From the NCBI GenBank assembly GCA_014905635.1, contig JABVCE010000004.1:992001-1056000 (forward strand): a stretch of 64,000 nucleotides of DNA. Direction: 5' to 3'. The notes beneath the pieces were generated by a model that saw only the letters and a list, made by a program, of their open reading frames with translations, had not been told where the DNA came from and did not search any database. The position numbers and the translations under genes were made by a program. Positions 1 to 15,097 of the stretch are shown here, one piece after another. The number at the start of each line of letters is the position of its first letter. Within the stretch, counting starts at the first letter, position 1. Source of the stretch: Scenedesmus sp. PABB004. Taxonomy: Eukaryota.

Positions 1-98
1 GGGTGCGCGGCGTGGACGGCGCGCGGCGGCGCCGGCGCGCCGCCTCGCGGCGGCTTGCGCGGGGTGTGTCGTCCGCGCGCCGTGCCGCGCGCCCACAG

Positions 99-2390
99 CG
101 GGTCCACCGCCCCGCCCGCACCGCCGCCAGGCATCACGCTCGTGGGCAGCGGCGAGGCGCTGCGCAGCGGCCGGCCGCGCAAGCGCCCCGCCGACGGCGA
201 CGGCGACAACGACGGCAGCGGGCTCTGGAACGCCCAGCCCTTCCGCGCCGCCCGGCCGCCCGCGCCCATCCCGGCGCCGCCGGGCGGCTGCGCGCGCGCG
301 ACGCCGTTTGCGGGCGAGCGCGTGAGCCACGGCACGGGCACCGGCTGCACCACCACGGCGGGCTTCTGGATTCTGACGCAGGCCACCGCCGACGCGGTGG
401 CAGCGGGCGAGCTGGCGTGCGTGGGCGCGTCGTCGGACTGGCAGGGCCAGACCGGCGCCGGTGCAGGCGGCGGCGACGGCGGCGGCGGTGGCGGCGGCGG
501 CGGCGGCGGCAGCAACGCCAGCCGCAAGCGCCGGCTCGCCAACAGCACCGCCGCCGCGGCGGCCACCTCGGGCAGGCCGCCCAAGCGGGCGCCGGGCGAG
601 GCGCCGCCGCGCGTGGCGCTGGCGCCGCTGCCGGAGGGCGTCGACGGCGAGGGCCGGCTGGCCATCGTGTGCAACGGCAAGCCGGCCGTCTTCCTGCTGC
701 GCCCGCAGCGCGTGCTGCTGGCGGGCGCGGAGCTGCCGCCCTCGCGGTTTGAGGCGCTGTGCGGCAAGGGTGACGCCAAGAAGTGGAAGGCCAGCCTCTG
801 GACGGCGGACGCCGACGGCGAGCCCGACGTGTGCATGGCCGACTGGCTCGCGGCGCGCGGGCTCGACCAGGCGGCGCTCAACGCGCTGTCGGCCAACTGG
901 GCGGCGCACCGCGCGCGCGCCGCGTGGGAGGCGGAGCACGGCGGCGGCGAGCCCGACGCGGCGGGCGCGGCGGACGGCGCCGGCGGCGCCGTCGCGGCGG
1001 ACCGCAGCGCGGTCGCCGGCGCGGCCGCCGCGGACGACGGCGCGGAGGTCGCCTCGCCGCCCGCGCGCGGCGGCGCCGGCGGCAGCGCGCGGAGGGAGGG
1101 GGACGAGCAGGTGCCAACGCCGAGATCATGGCGGCGGACGCGCTGTCGCAGCCGGCCTACCGCGTGCTGCGGCGGCGCGAGCTTACGCAGGAGCTCGCCG
1201 CGCGCGAGCGCGAGCGCTGGGCGCGGCGGCGCGACGAGCGCGGCGTCTGGCGCGCCGTGCTGCACCAGGCGCTGGCGCGCAGGCTCGCCGCGGCGGGCGG
1301 CGGCTCGGCCGAGCGCGACGCCGCGACGCAGGCCGCGGCCGCCGTGGCCGCCGCGGACGTGATGGCCGCGCTGCTGGCCGGGGACGGCGTCGACGACGGC
1401 GGCTACTACCCCTCGGAGGGCGGCGACAAGGCGGCCGCGGCGGCGGCGGCGGCGGCGGCGGCCGGCCTGCTGTGTGGATACGGCGGCGCGGGCGACGCCG
1501 GCGGCGGCGCCGGCGCGGGGGCCGCCGCCGGCGCCGCCGGAGGCGCCGCGGGGGCCTACGGCGCGGCGGCGGCGGCGGCGGGCTTTGACCAGCAGGCGGC
1601 CTATTACGACGCCTACGCTGCGGACGCGGCGGCGGCGGCGGCGATGCAGCAGCAGGGCGGCGGCATGGCGGCGCCCGACGCGGTCACACTGGCCGCGATG
1701 GCGGCGGCGGCGGCGATGCAGCAGGGCGGCCTCGCGCCCGTCTGGGACCCCGCCGCGGCCGCGAGCGCGGGCTGGGACGCGGCGGCGGCCGCCAGCGCGG
1801 GCTGGGACGTCTCGGCCTTCGCCGCCGAGCCCGAGCCCGCCGACGAGCCCGCGGCGGCCAGCGGCGGCAAGCGCGCGCGCGGCGGCAAGCGCGGCGGCGG
1901 CGGCGGCGGCGGCGGCAGGCGCGGCGGCCGCGGCGGCGGCCGCGGGCGCGGGCGCGGGCGCCGCGGCCGCGGGAGCTGGAGCAGCGACGACGACGAGAGC
2001 GCCGGCAGCGAGGAGAGCACGGAGGAGGAGGAGGACGATGATATGTCGGCGATGGATGACGACGACGACGACGAGCGGCCGCGTGGCGGCGGCAAGAAGC
2101 GGCGGGGCGGCGGCGGCGGCGGCGGGGCCCGCGGCGGCGGCGGCGCCAAGCGCGGCCGCGGCGGGGGCGCCAAGCGCAGCGGCGGCCGGCGGCGCGCGCC
2201 CGCGACCGGCAGCGAGGACGACGTCGGCGGCGCCGGCGAGAGCAGTGACATGGAGGACTGGGAGCTGGTGCAGCTGCGCGCGGCGATGCGCGCCTCAAAG
2301 CGCCAGCGCCGCGGCAGCGGCAGCGGCCGCAGCGCAGAGCCGGAGCAGCCGGAGTCGCAGCAGCAGCAGCAGCAGCAGGCCACTGACGCT

Positions 2391-2425
<35 letters not shown>

Positions 2426-2492
2426 AGCGGGCGTGCAGCACCAGCACCAGCAGCAGCAGCAGCAGCATCAGCTGGCGGGCGAGGACGGCTGA
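99..2492 (+). CDS. SAND-domain nuclear protein (5' partial; frame change near 1080-1110 is an intron or indel)
   Basis: IVCNGKPAVF...PSRFEALCGKGDAKKWKASLW...MADWL at ~660-850 is a SAND fold motif. The downstream frame (ORF 783-2492) gives Ala/Gly-rich, acidic and NLS-like segments and ends at TGA 2490-2492. Confidence 0.7.
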
Positions 2493-2752
2493 GCGAGCGA
2501 CCACCGGTTGTATGCGCGGTTGTTGTTGTTGTTGTTGTTGCACAGAGTTGGCCGCAGCCGGCCTCGCGGGCGCCGAGGTAACGAGGCCCCACCCCCAGGC
2601 GATCAGCCGTGCGCCCAGCAAAATCCGTGCTGCCCACAGAGCACAGGGCGCCGCCGCGGATGCGGTGCGAGGTCGGCGGCGCCGGGGGTGGCGTTGCTGC
2701 TGCGGACGAGCAGGAGCGCGTGCGTGCCGAGCTACAAGAACATCAACGGCAG

Positions 2753-2875
2753 CCGCGCTACTCACGTCGGTGCCAGAGCTACAAGAACATTGACGGCAGC
2801 CGCGCCGACGCGCCGACGCGAGTAGCGCGACTGCCGTCGATGTTCTCGTAGCTGGCACCGACGTGAGTCGCGCGG
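2753..2875. repeat. ~52-bp imperfect inverted repeat (hairpin) with an upstream partial tandem copy from 2729
   Basis: Arm 2753-2805 (ccgcgctactcacgtcggtgccagagctacaagaacattgacggcagccgcgc) matches the reverse complement of 2825-2875 with few mismatches. Confidence 0.85.
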
Positions 2876-3290
2876 GAGGTGGGTGCGGGGATCACTGCGA
2901 ACGATCACAGTCATCGTCACAGGGCGGCACGCACAGGTCCAAGCCATGCGGTTGGTTGCGTGTGCGCGTGCGTGCGAGTGCGAGTGCGAGTGCGTGCTGC
3001 GGCCCCGGCCGATGGTGATGGTGGCACGTGGGCCGGATCGCCGAATGCATGCTGGCGGTGTCGGCACACCAGACATAACACCCGCGGTACAAAACGATGG
3101 CACGCCAGAGCCTCTGCCTGCTGGGCCGGCGGCGGCGACGTGTGCGTGCCGCGCCACCTCAGTCTCTTTTGTTATTCTTCGTCCGTCAAAAGCCACGGCT
3201 GGCTGAGAGTCGCAGCGAGTCAAAGCGCGTCGCCGCAGCAGCTGCTTCTGCGCAGCGCGCGCCGGCAAGTGCCAGGCGCGGGGCCCCGCG

Positions 3291-4349
3291 TCACGCAGCG
3301 CCGCGCGCTGCGAGCGGGCCCGCGGCGGCGGCGGCGCCCGCGGGCTGCTTGCCGGCGCCGCCGGCGGCGGCCCCGGTCGCGGGCGCGTCGTCGATGAACG
3401 CCGCCGCGTCCGCGCCGCCGCGCGGCCCCTGGTCCCCGGGGCGCGGCAGGTCGTCGTCGGCGTCCTCCGCGCCGTCGTCGGCGTCGCCGCTGCTCAGCGG
3501 CGAGCTCGTACCGCTGTGGTAAACGCTCGGGCAGTCAGAGCCCGCCTCTGAGGCGGCGCCCGCGCCGCTGCCGCAGGCCTGCTGCCCCTGCTGCCCCTGC
3601 TGCTGCTGCTGCTGCTGCGGCTGCGCCCCCGCCGGCTGCTGCTCCTCCTCCTCGGCCAACGCGTCGTCCGCCAGCGCGTGGCACCGCACCGACTGCGCGC
3701 GGCGCAGCGCCGCCTGCAGCAGCTTGAAGCTGCCCCCGCTCCTCGCCACCTCGCCGGCGGCCTCGCGCACCGCCGCCGCGACGCCGGCGGCCCCGGGCCG
3801 GACCTGCGGCGCGCGCAGCGCAGCGGGACGGACGGACGTCGGCGGCGGCGCCGGGCGGCCCCCCGCTGAGCCTCGCGCGCCGCTGCCCCCGCCCCCCGGC
3901 CCGTCGTCGCCCGCACACTACTGCCACATTCGTTCATTCTTTTGCCGTCCCTTGTCACCTTTGCAGCGACGTATTGAACCTTATCGAGCAGCTGCCCCGC
4001 CTCCCGGCCCGCCGCGCCCCGCACGGCGTCCAGCAGCCCGGGCATGTAGCGCAGCGCCGGCGGCACGCCTGCGCGGGGCGGGGCGCGGCGGCGCCGCCGC
4101 GTCGGCGGCGCGGCCCGGAGCGCGGCTGCTCTCTGCGCGCCGCGCTGCGCGCTGTGCGCTGCGCCCACCCACCCTTGGGCCACATGGCAAAGCGGTACTC
4201 CACGTGCGTCGACGGCGAAATCGCGCCGGGGCCCGCCGGCGCGAGCCGCCGCAGCTCCCAGCTGCCCTCCAGCGCCGACATGAGACCCTGCACCGCGCGG
4301 GCAGGAGAGAGGCGAGGGGCGATTCCGTGGGCCGGGGTCCGGCAGCGCG

Positions 4350-4382
<33 letters not shown>

Positions 4383-4916
4383 GGTGGCCGCTCTCTCGGC
4401 GCACGGCGCAGCGCTGCGCGGCCGCCGCACCGACGAGGCCAGCTTGAAGTCTACGGTGAGCCGTGCGGGGTCGCTGGCGTCCACGCGCTGCTCGACGCGC
4501 GTGCGCGACCACGCCTTCCAGAACAGCACGCGCACGCCGGCCAGGAACACCACGGCCTCGCGCCAGCGCTGCCCCGCGCCGTCGCACTCGAGCTGCTGCC
4601 GCGACTCGACGCGGAAGATGTCGGCGCCGTCTGCAGCGGCGACAGCGGCGGCGGGGCCGAGTGCATCAGGAGGCCACGCGCAGCGGGCATGCCGCGCGGC
4701 GTGCATGGGCGGCGGCGCCTCCGCGGGTGTGGAGCGGAGCAGCGCCTTTGCCTCCGCCGCCGCAGCCGCCGACGCGGGCTGGGCCTCACCTGGAAGCGTG
4801 AGCAGGTCCCAGACCTGGCGGGGGGTCAGCCCTGCGACCACGGTCGTCGCCACGGCCCTCACGCGCCCGCCCTCGACCGAGACCTCGATGTGGTGCTACT
4901 GGCTGGCCTCCATCAT
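3291..4916 (-). CDS. SRPBCC/START-like (polyketide cyclase-like) protein; in-frame TAG at codon 7, possible pseudogene
   Basis: Spliced exons read IEVSVEGGRVRAVATTVVAGLTPRQVWDLLTLP / DGADIFRVESR...VDFKLASS / GLMSALEGSWEL...HVEYRFAMWPK. ATG at 4916, TAG at 4898-4896, terminal stop at 3291. Confidence 0.6.
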
Positions 4917-5372
4917 CGCGCCCCCGCTGCTGCAGCGCCCACCCGCTCTCCCAGAGGCTGGCGGGGCTGCCCTCTGCTCCCACAGCTGGCCTCACGCCGC
5001 GATGGCGGGCCCCTGCGAGCCCTGCTGCCGCGCGGCTCTCGGCCTCGCCAAGACGGGCCCTGGCCGGCGCGTGCGAGCCGCGCCTCCAGCAGGGCGCACG
5101 TGCGTAGGGAGCTTTGCGCAATCAGGCAGCCAGCGACCGGCCTTTGTGGAGCCGGGGCGCTGCGGCGCCGCGGCGTCACGGCGGCGGCGCGGCCTCGCGT
5201 TGACGCGCCCCCCGCGCCCTCGTGCCCGCGGCGCCGCCACGCGCGCAGCTGCTTCAGGGCTGACCGGGCAAGGCCGGGGGTGCTGCCCGGACGGCGCGAT
5301 GGGCGTTCCAGCGTGTGCGCGGAGGTGCGTCAGCCGCGCCTCCGTTCATGACCGCCGCCGCGCCGCTGCGCC
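4638..5372. repeat. Direct repeat copy 1 (promoter, exon 1 and part of intron 1 of the SRPBCC gene)
   Basis: Near-identical to 12729-13465 by eye. Confidence 0.9.
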
Positions 5373-5430
5373 GCGCGCCGCGCGCGCCGCTCCCTTGCGG
5401 GTCGCTGCCGGCTGTGCAGGACAAGCTGAC

Positions 5431-6520
5431 TCAGGCCTTCCTTCCCCTCGGCCTTCTCTTTGGCGGCCGCCCAGGCGGGGGCGAAGGCCGCGGCGGGCAT
5501 GCGCTTGCCGGCAGGAAGTTTCCCGAGCACTTGGCGAAGGTCGTCATCGTGCACGTTGGCGGGCTGCCCATCCAACACGCGCCCGTCTGCGGCAGGCGAG
5601 GTGAGTGGAGGAGGCGGCAGGGCAGCAGAGCAGCAAGGGGCGCGGGGCCAGGCGAGTGAGCACGCGGGGCGTCCGCGGGCGCGCGCGGCTCCTCTCGTCG
5701 CCTCCGGCCGCCGCGTGCGCGCTCACCCAGCCGGGGCACAGCGCCCCCATGAGCTTGCGCCCCCGCATCGAGCCCCAGCCGGTGACGGCGTCCCAGCCGG
5801 GGCCGGCCGAGTAGGCGCCGTTGCTGCCCTTGGTGGCGTCGTTATAAGCTCCCCCCGCCTCGCCAGCCGCGTACAAGGCGCCGTTGGCCGGGCCCAGAGC
5901 AGTGAGGTTGGCCGTCAGCGCTCGGCACTGGTTGACGGCCGCCAAGAAGCCCGCCCAGACGGCCGCGGCCGCCGCCGTGCCGCCGGTGGTGACGAACGCG
6001 CCGGCCGCGTAGATCTCGTGCGGCCAGCGGCTGCTGTTGGCCGCGAGCGAGACGTCCGGCACGTTCCGGCCGCGCCTGCTGGCGAGCGTGCGCACGCTCT
6101 GCTGGTAGTCAGGCAGAGGCACCGCCTCGCTGACGCCGCCCCCGCTGTCGCCCCAGGCCGCCTCGGCGGCGACGCTCTCGGGGCAGCAGAACGTGAGCGC
6201 GGGGGTCGTGCCGCCGGCTGCCGTGACGGTCGGAAGGTTGGCCGGGAAGCTCACGCCCGTGCTCTCTCCGCACGTGCCCCCTTGGGCTTGGCCTTTGTCG
6301 TCCGCCGCGCCGTCGCTGTCGTCGCCGCTGGCCGCGGAGCTGGAGACCCACGGCCTGGGCCCGCAGTCCCCGGACGCGGCGACGAGCCCCTGGCCCTGCA
6401 CGGTCATCTGCTGGATGACGGACGCGAGCGGGCTGCTGGCGTCATCCGGCCGCTCCTCCCGCGACCTGCCACCAGGGCGCGCGCGCGCACACACACAGCG
6501 GCCGGCAGCAGGGTGGGCAA

Positions 6521-6555
<35 letters not shown>

Positions 6556-8048
6556 TCCCCTCCCTCCGGCGGCGCCTCACCAGGTGTGCAGGACGACAGG
6601 CAGGACGAATGACACATGGTAATCCCTGATTGTCTCAAACATCAGCAGCTGCTCTGCCTCAGTGTCCTGTCCTAAGAACACCTGGTGATGACATGTCATG
6701 ATGGCGGCGCGGGCGAGCAGAGCAGCGAGAGTCGGAAGGCAGACGGACCCAAACTGGCATGATGCACCGCAGCCCGTCACCGAGCCCCCCCCCCCCCCCG
6801 CGCACCCACCCAGATCGTCGCCTTGGGCGCCGCCGCGAGCAGCAGCTGCAGGTTGACGAGCGTGGGCAGCGGGTCGTCGTAGCCCGGCTCGCCAAAGCCC
6901 GTGAAGATGTCGACGAGTTGCGGGTACTGCTGGACGTCGTCAGTCAGGTTGTCGGCCAAGGCGTACTCCTGCACATCTAGAGCATCGTAGAACTGAAAGG
7001 CCGCCACGGCCACGTTCTGCCCGGCGCCGTCGAACTGAGCCCTGGGCATGTCGTAGGCGCTGGCCAGGCGGCTCGCGGTGAGGTAAAACCTGTTCTTGCC
7101 AGAGTCGTGCAGGAGCGAGCGCGCTGCGCCGAGGCGACGCTCGCCGCGCGACTGGAGGCGACGCTCGCCGCGCGACTGGAGGCGGCGCGTGCCGCCGCCC
7201 CCCGGCTCCTGCTGCTGCTGCTGCTGCGTCGCGAGCCGGGCCTGCACCTGGCGCCGCCGCCGCCGGCCCGCGCTCTGCACCTCCTGCAAGCTGAGCGGCG
7301 CTCGCAGCGACGCCGCTGCCTGGATGCCCGCCGCCGCTGCGTCGCCCTGCTGCCAGGCTGGCAGCGCCCCCTCTGCGTCCAGCTGCTTCAGCGCCGCCGC
7401 TGCCGCCGGTGCGTCCTCCGGGCGCCAGCCGAGGGGCATGTTATCTAGGCCGGCGATCCACGCGACGGACGCGGCCAGCTGGGCCGGCAGCTTTGGCTGC
7501 TCGCCGGGCGCAAACAGCACCCTCGCCGGCCGCCCTCGCCTGGCCGGGACGGCGCCGACGCGGACGACCGGCGCGCGGACCGCCGCGCTGACCGCCGCGG
7601 CTGGCCCGACGACGAGCACCGACAGGCGGCTGCTCCTCACCTGCACCTCGAGACCTGCAGCCTCAAAGTGCGCGGCCACGGCGGCCAGCGCCGCAGGCTC
7701 GGCGCCGAACGCGGCCGCCAGCTGCGCGGCCGTCAGGAAGCGCTGGTAGTGCGCGCTGGCTGGGTTGCCGACGGCGGCCGAGAGGGCGCCGAGGCCCGTC
7801 TGGTTCCGCGAGCGCAGGCCCACCACCAGCCGCAGCGGCTGGGCCGCCGGCAGCGCGAGCGGCGTGCCGGCGGCGGTGCCGGGGCCCGACGAGGTAGCCG
7901 CCGCCACGAGGGAGCTGCCCAGGGGCGCCAAGTGGCTGACGCGCACGGGCACCCAGGGGGCACCATCAGAGGGCGCCGCTGCTGCCGCTGCCGCCGCTGC
8001 CACGCCAGAGAGCAGCAGCAGCAGCAGCAGAGGCAGCAGCGACTTCAT
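5431..8048 (-). CDS. Secreted sedolisin/kumamolisin-like (peptidase S53) protein with prodomain, probably catalytically inactive
   Basis: Signal peptide MKSLLPLLLLLLLSG. Prodomain LVVGLRSRN...YQRFLTAAQLAAAFG. Motifs AASGDCG, FPANLPTVTAAGGT, RNVPDVS and GWDAVTGWGS. Four exons joined by GT-AG; the last exon is Cys-rich. Confidence 0.85.
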
Positions 8049-8399
8049 AGCGGTCAGGGCTGAAGCCTCTGATCGCGCGAGCGCCCCCGCAGCGCGCAGG
8101 GCGCGAGCGTGGACGAGTGCGGCGGGCGGGTCTTTGGTCAGCAGCGCGGCTCGTGGGGCGGCCAATCAATGGAGCCGCGTGCTGCCTGATTTGTTAGTTG
8201 AAAGCTTACCGCCAATCGCGCGAGCCGCGTGCCGCAGCATGCGGGTTCTGGGGCGCGGTGACCGAGCGCACTGATCACCGCAGGCTGTACCGGGGCGCGT
8301 GCGGGCGCCGTGCGGCGCGTCGTCCCGCCCATCGCGCCTCCTGAATCTGCTGCATTCACCGGCCCTGATCAGATCCCTGTAGCTGCCCAGACGCCGCAG

Positions 8400-11585
<3,186 letters not shown>

Positions 11586-11996
11586 ATGCAATTCACACCA
11601 ACGTGCCTCTCTCTTGCGAACGAAACTCTGATGTGCGCGCGCGTGCGCGGGAACCTGATTCGTTACACCTCTTGCTCGCATGCGCGTGTGCGCGCGCGCG
11701 CAGCCGGCCGCGCGGCCGCAATTCGGTGCGAGGCGGGAGAAGCGCGGCGAGAAGCCAAGAGACAGACAGACAGACAGACGGTTACACCTTGCGCTCGCAC
11801 GCATAGGACCCGCGCCCTTTAAGGGCGGCGCTCGACTTGGGCCAGTGTGACCTCATTGCGGTGGCCCAACCAGGCCAAGAGAGGACGTGGTTGAGTTGCA
11901 ACTCAATTGTTGTTTCTGTCTGGGCTTGAGTTTTGCTAGCACGCAAGCAAAGACAGCAACCATCGCCGCAGAACAGCGCTGGTGCGTGGCGCACGC

Positions 11997-12474
11997 TCAG
12001 CACTTGCGCGTCGTGGCGCAAGCCAGCCGGCTCGAACCGCTCCTCGAGCTCGAGCTCTTGCTGGGCCTGCCACCGCCAGAATTGCCGCCAGAGCCGCCGC
12101 CGTGCCCCGAGTGCTTCAGGGTGCGCGTGGAGCCGTCCACGGCGAGGGAGGAAGGCAGCGCCAGCATCCGCCGCAGAGGCCGCGCCAGCCTGCGACGCAG
12201 CATGCGGGCGGCGGCGGCGGCGGCGCGGGCCTCTGCGATCAAGCTCATGCCCCACTGATGACCGCAATGCCGTGCGCGCGGCCCCCCGCAATGCCGTGCG
12301 CGGCCCCCGCGCACGCACGCGCTGCTCTATCACAGATCCCACCACGGACCGGGCCGCCCTGCACGCGCCCGCTCACCGCGCCACGGGGGGATCCCTCTTC
12401 TCTGCAGCCGCCTCCGCGACAGCGCTGGTGCAAAGCAGCGCCAGGACGGCCAGGGAGAGCAGAGCTTTGCGCAT
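11997..12474 (-). CDS. Putative small secreted protein (exon structure unresolved)
   Basis: MRKALLSLAVLALLCTSAVAEA signal peptide followed by a GTGAG donor. A downstream segment is Gly/Ser-rich, and TGTAA lies on the minus strand near 11785. The splice phase could not be closed. Confidence 0.35.
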
Positions 12475-12728
12475 GTTCCTCGGTGTCTGTGCGGCCCCGA
12501 TGCGCACGATGGGGATACAATCAATTCGTCGCGCGCTTGGCAATGCCGAAGCACGGCACTGCGCGGACAGGCGTTCGGCAGGCCGCGGGGGCTCCTCCTC
12601 GCGGCGCACGGTACAGGGCGGCAGCGCAGCAATACGGCGCGCCGCGCTCCCTGAGCGCGGCCGGCACAGGGCCGGGACAGGGCGCCCTGGGCACTGGCGT
12701 CGCTAGGGCTGAAGGTATTGGCACGTCA

Positions 12729-13465
12729 GCGACAGCGGCGGGACCGAGTGCATCAGGAGGCCACACGCGGCGGGCATGGCGCGCGGCGGCGTGGCCCGCG
12801 CGAGGCGCGGGTGTGGCTGCGGAGCAGCGCCTTTGCCTCCGCCGCCGCAGCCGCCGACGCGGGCTGGGCCTCACCTGGAAGCGTGAGCAGGTCCCAGACC
12901 TGGCGGGGGGTCAGCCCTGCGACCACGGTCGTCGCCACGGCCCTCACGCGCCCGCCCTCGACCGAGACCTCGATGTGGTGCTGCTGCTGGCTGGCCTCCA
13001 TCATCGCGCCCTCTCGCTGCTGCAGCGCCCACCCGCTCGCCCTGAGGCTGGCGGGGCTGCCCTCTGCTCCCACAGCTGGCCTCACGCCGCGATGGCGGGC
13101 CCCTGCGAGCCCTGCTGCCGCGCGGCTCTCGGCCTCGCCAAGACGGGCCCTGGCCGGCGCGTGCGAGCCGCGCCTCCAGCAGGGCGCACGTGCGTAGGGA
13201 GCGTTGCGCAATCAGGCAGCCAGCGACCGGCCTTTGTGGAGCCGGGGCGCTGCGGCGCCGCGCGTCACGGCGGCGGCGCGGCCTCGCGTTGACGCGCCCC
13301 CCGCGCCCTCGTGCCCGCGGCGCCGCCACGCGCGCAGCTGCTTCAGGGCTGACCGGGCAAGGCCGGGGGTGCTGCCGGGGGTGCCCGGACGGCGCGATGG
13401 GCGTTCCAGCGTTCGCGCGGAGGTGCGTCAGCCGCGCCTCCGTGACCGCCGCCGCGCCGCTGCGC
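12729..13465 (-). pseudogene. Direct repeat copy 2: orphan promoter and intact exon 1 (13004-12875) of the SRPBCC gene
   Basis: MMEASQQQHHIEVSVEGGRVRAV... with no stop. Homology ends inside intron 1 and no downstream exons follow. Confidence 0.8.
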
Positions 13466-13662
13466 CGCCGCCGCATGGGCCGCGGCCGGCCCGCCCACGC
13501 GCTACACTGGTCGCAGAGGGACGTCACAGGTGCCGGACGCTCAAGGAGGGACAGGCGGCCCGCCAGTTTATAGATGGGCTCGCTCGCGCTCGGCAGCTGC
13601 GGCTGGTGCGGGCCGCGTCTGGGAGCGAGCCGCCGCGTGGCGCGCGTGGGAGGGCGGGCGCG

Positions 13663-15097
13663 ATGGACATCGTCCGGCCCAACACTGACGGTGAGGCTTG
13701 CAGGCATCGCTGTCCCGCGGCGGGCACGCCACGCGTCAGCTCTCCTGCGCCATCACGCGTGCCGTCTTCGCAGCCCCGTCGTCTCCGGCACGCTTGCCGG
13801 CGCGGAGCGGGCCCGCGCGCGCCGCTCAGCGGCAGCGGGACGCGCGGCCACGTCCACGCAGCAACGCCGCGCCTCCTCGCGCTCGCCCCCGCCGCAGACT
13901 TTAGCGTGTTCGTGGGCGACCTGGCGCCCGAGGTGACGGACTTTGTGCTGCAGCAGGCCTTCCAGCAGTTCTACGCCTCGGTCCGCTCCGCCAAGGCGAG
14001 CTCACGGCGCGGCGCGCGCGGCAGCGGGGGCCCCGGGCTGCGCCCCGGGCCCCGGGCGCGCGCGCGGCGCGCGCAGCGGCGGCGGCGGCCTGGCGGCAGC
14101 TGCGCGTCGCGACCCCGCCCGCCGCCCGCCGCCCGCGCACCCACCCGCGCAGGTCATCGTCGACCCTGCGACTGGCCGGTCCAAGGGCTACGGCTTTGTG
14201 CGGTTCAGCAGCGAGGCGGAGCGCGACCGCAGCCTGGAGATGCAGGGCTTCACGCTGAGCAACCGCCCGATCCGCGTCAGCCTGGCGACGGCGCGGCGCA
14301 GCCCCTCGGCGGGCATGCCCGGCACGCACCCGGCCGAGCTCGACCCCACCAACACCACGCTCTTCATCGGCGGCCTCTCCGCCGGCGTGAGCGAGGACCA
14401 GCTGCGCGCGATATTCGTGCGGTTCGGAGAGGTGGTCTACACTAAGATCCCGCAGGGCAAGGGCTGCGGTTTTGTGCAGTACGTGAACCGCCCCGACGCT
14501 GAGGCCGCCATGGCAGAGATGAACGGGCAGATGGTCGGCGCCTCGGCCATCCGCATCTCCTGGGGCCGCTCCACCTCGCGCGCCGCCGCGCTGCACGCGC
14601 GGCCGCTCGGCGCGCCGCTCGCCGCGTTCGGCGCCGCCGCGCCGGGGCTCGACGCCGGCGGCGGCGCGTTCGCGGTGGGCGGCGCCGCGGGCGCGTTCGT
14701 CGCGGCGCCAGGCGGCGGCGCGTTTGTCGCGGCCGACCCCGGCGGCGGCGCGGCCGTGGTGGCGGCGAGCGGCGGCTTTGACGCCTGCGCCGGCGGCGGC
14801 GGCGGCGGCGTCTATGCCTACCCCGCCTATGGCCTGCAGCAGGCGCAGCCCGGCTTTGCCGGCGGGCAGCTGCTGACCTTTGGCGGCCAGCCGGCGCTCG
14901 TGCTGCAGCAGCAGCAGCAGCAGCAGCAGCAGCCGCAGCAGGGCGGCGGCGCTCAGCAGCCGCAGTACGTGCTGGACCCTCTGGGGGGCATGGGAGGCAT
15001 GGACCTCAGCAAGCTCAGCGCCCTCCTGATGCAGCAGCAGCACTACCAGCAGCCCGGCCTCGCGGGCGCTGTCATGCCGCGCCCGCTGGGCATGTGA
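13663..15097 (+). CDS. RBP45/RBP47/Nam8-like RRM RNA-binding protein (two RRMs)
   Basis: FSVFVGDLAPEVTD, TGRSKGYGFVRF, DPTNTTLFIGGL, KGCGFVQY, IRISWGR. Intron 2 is GC-AG (13996-14152). Confidence 0.9.

Noticed and set aside
2729..2852. Short repeats with spacers resembling a CRISPR array
   Set aside because: Only two direct units plus an inverted one, in a eukaryotic context with no cas genes.
4896..4898. In-frame TAG aligned to Gln, suggesting a TAG=Gln genetic code
   Set aside because: Single instance. TAG serves as a normal terminator at 45511, 48492, 52009, 58114 and 60858.
5330..5578. Small minus-strand ORF (…HDDDLRQVLGKLP…)
   Set aside because: It overlaps the sedolisin last exon, which splices in phase in another frame.
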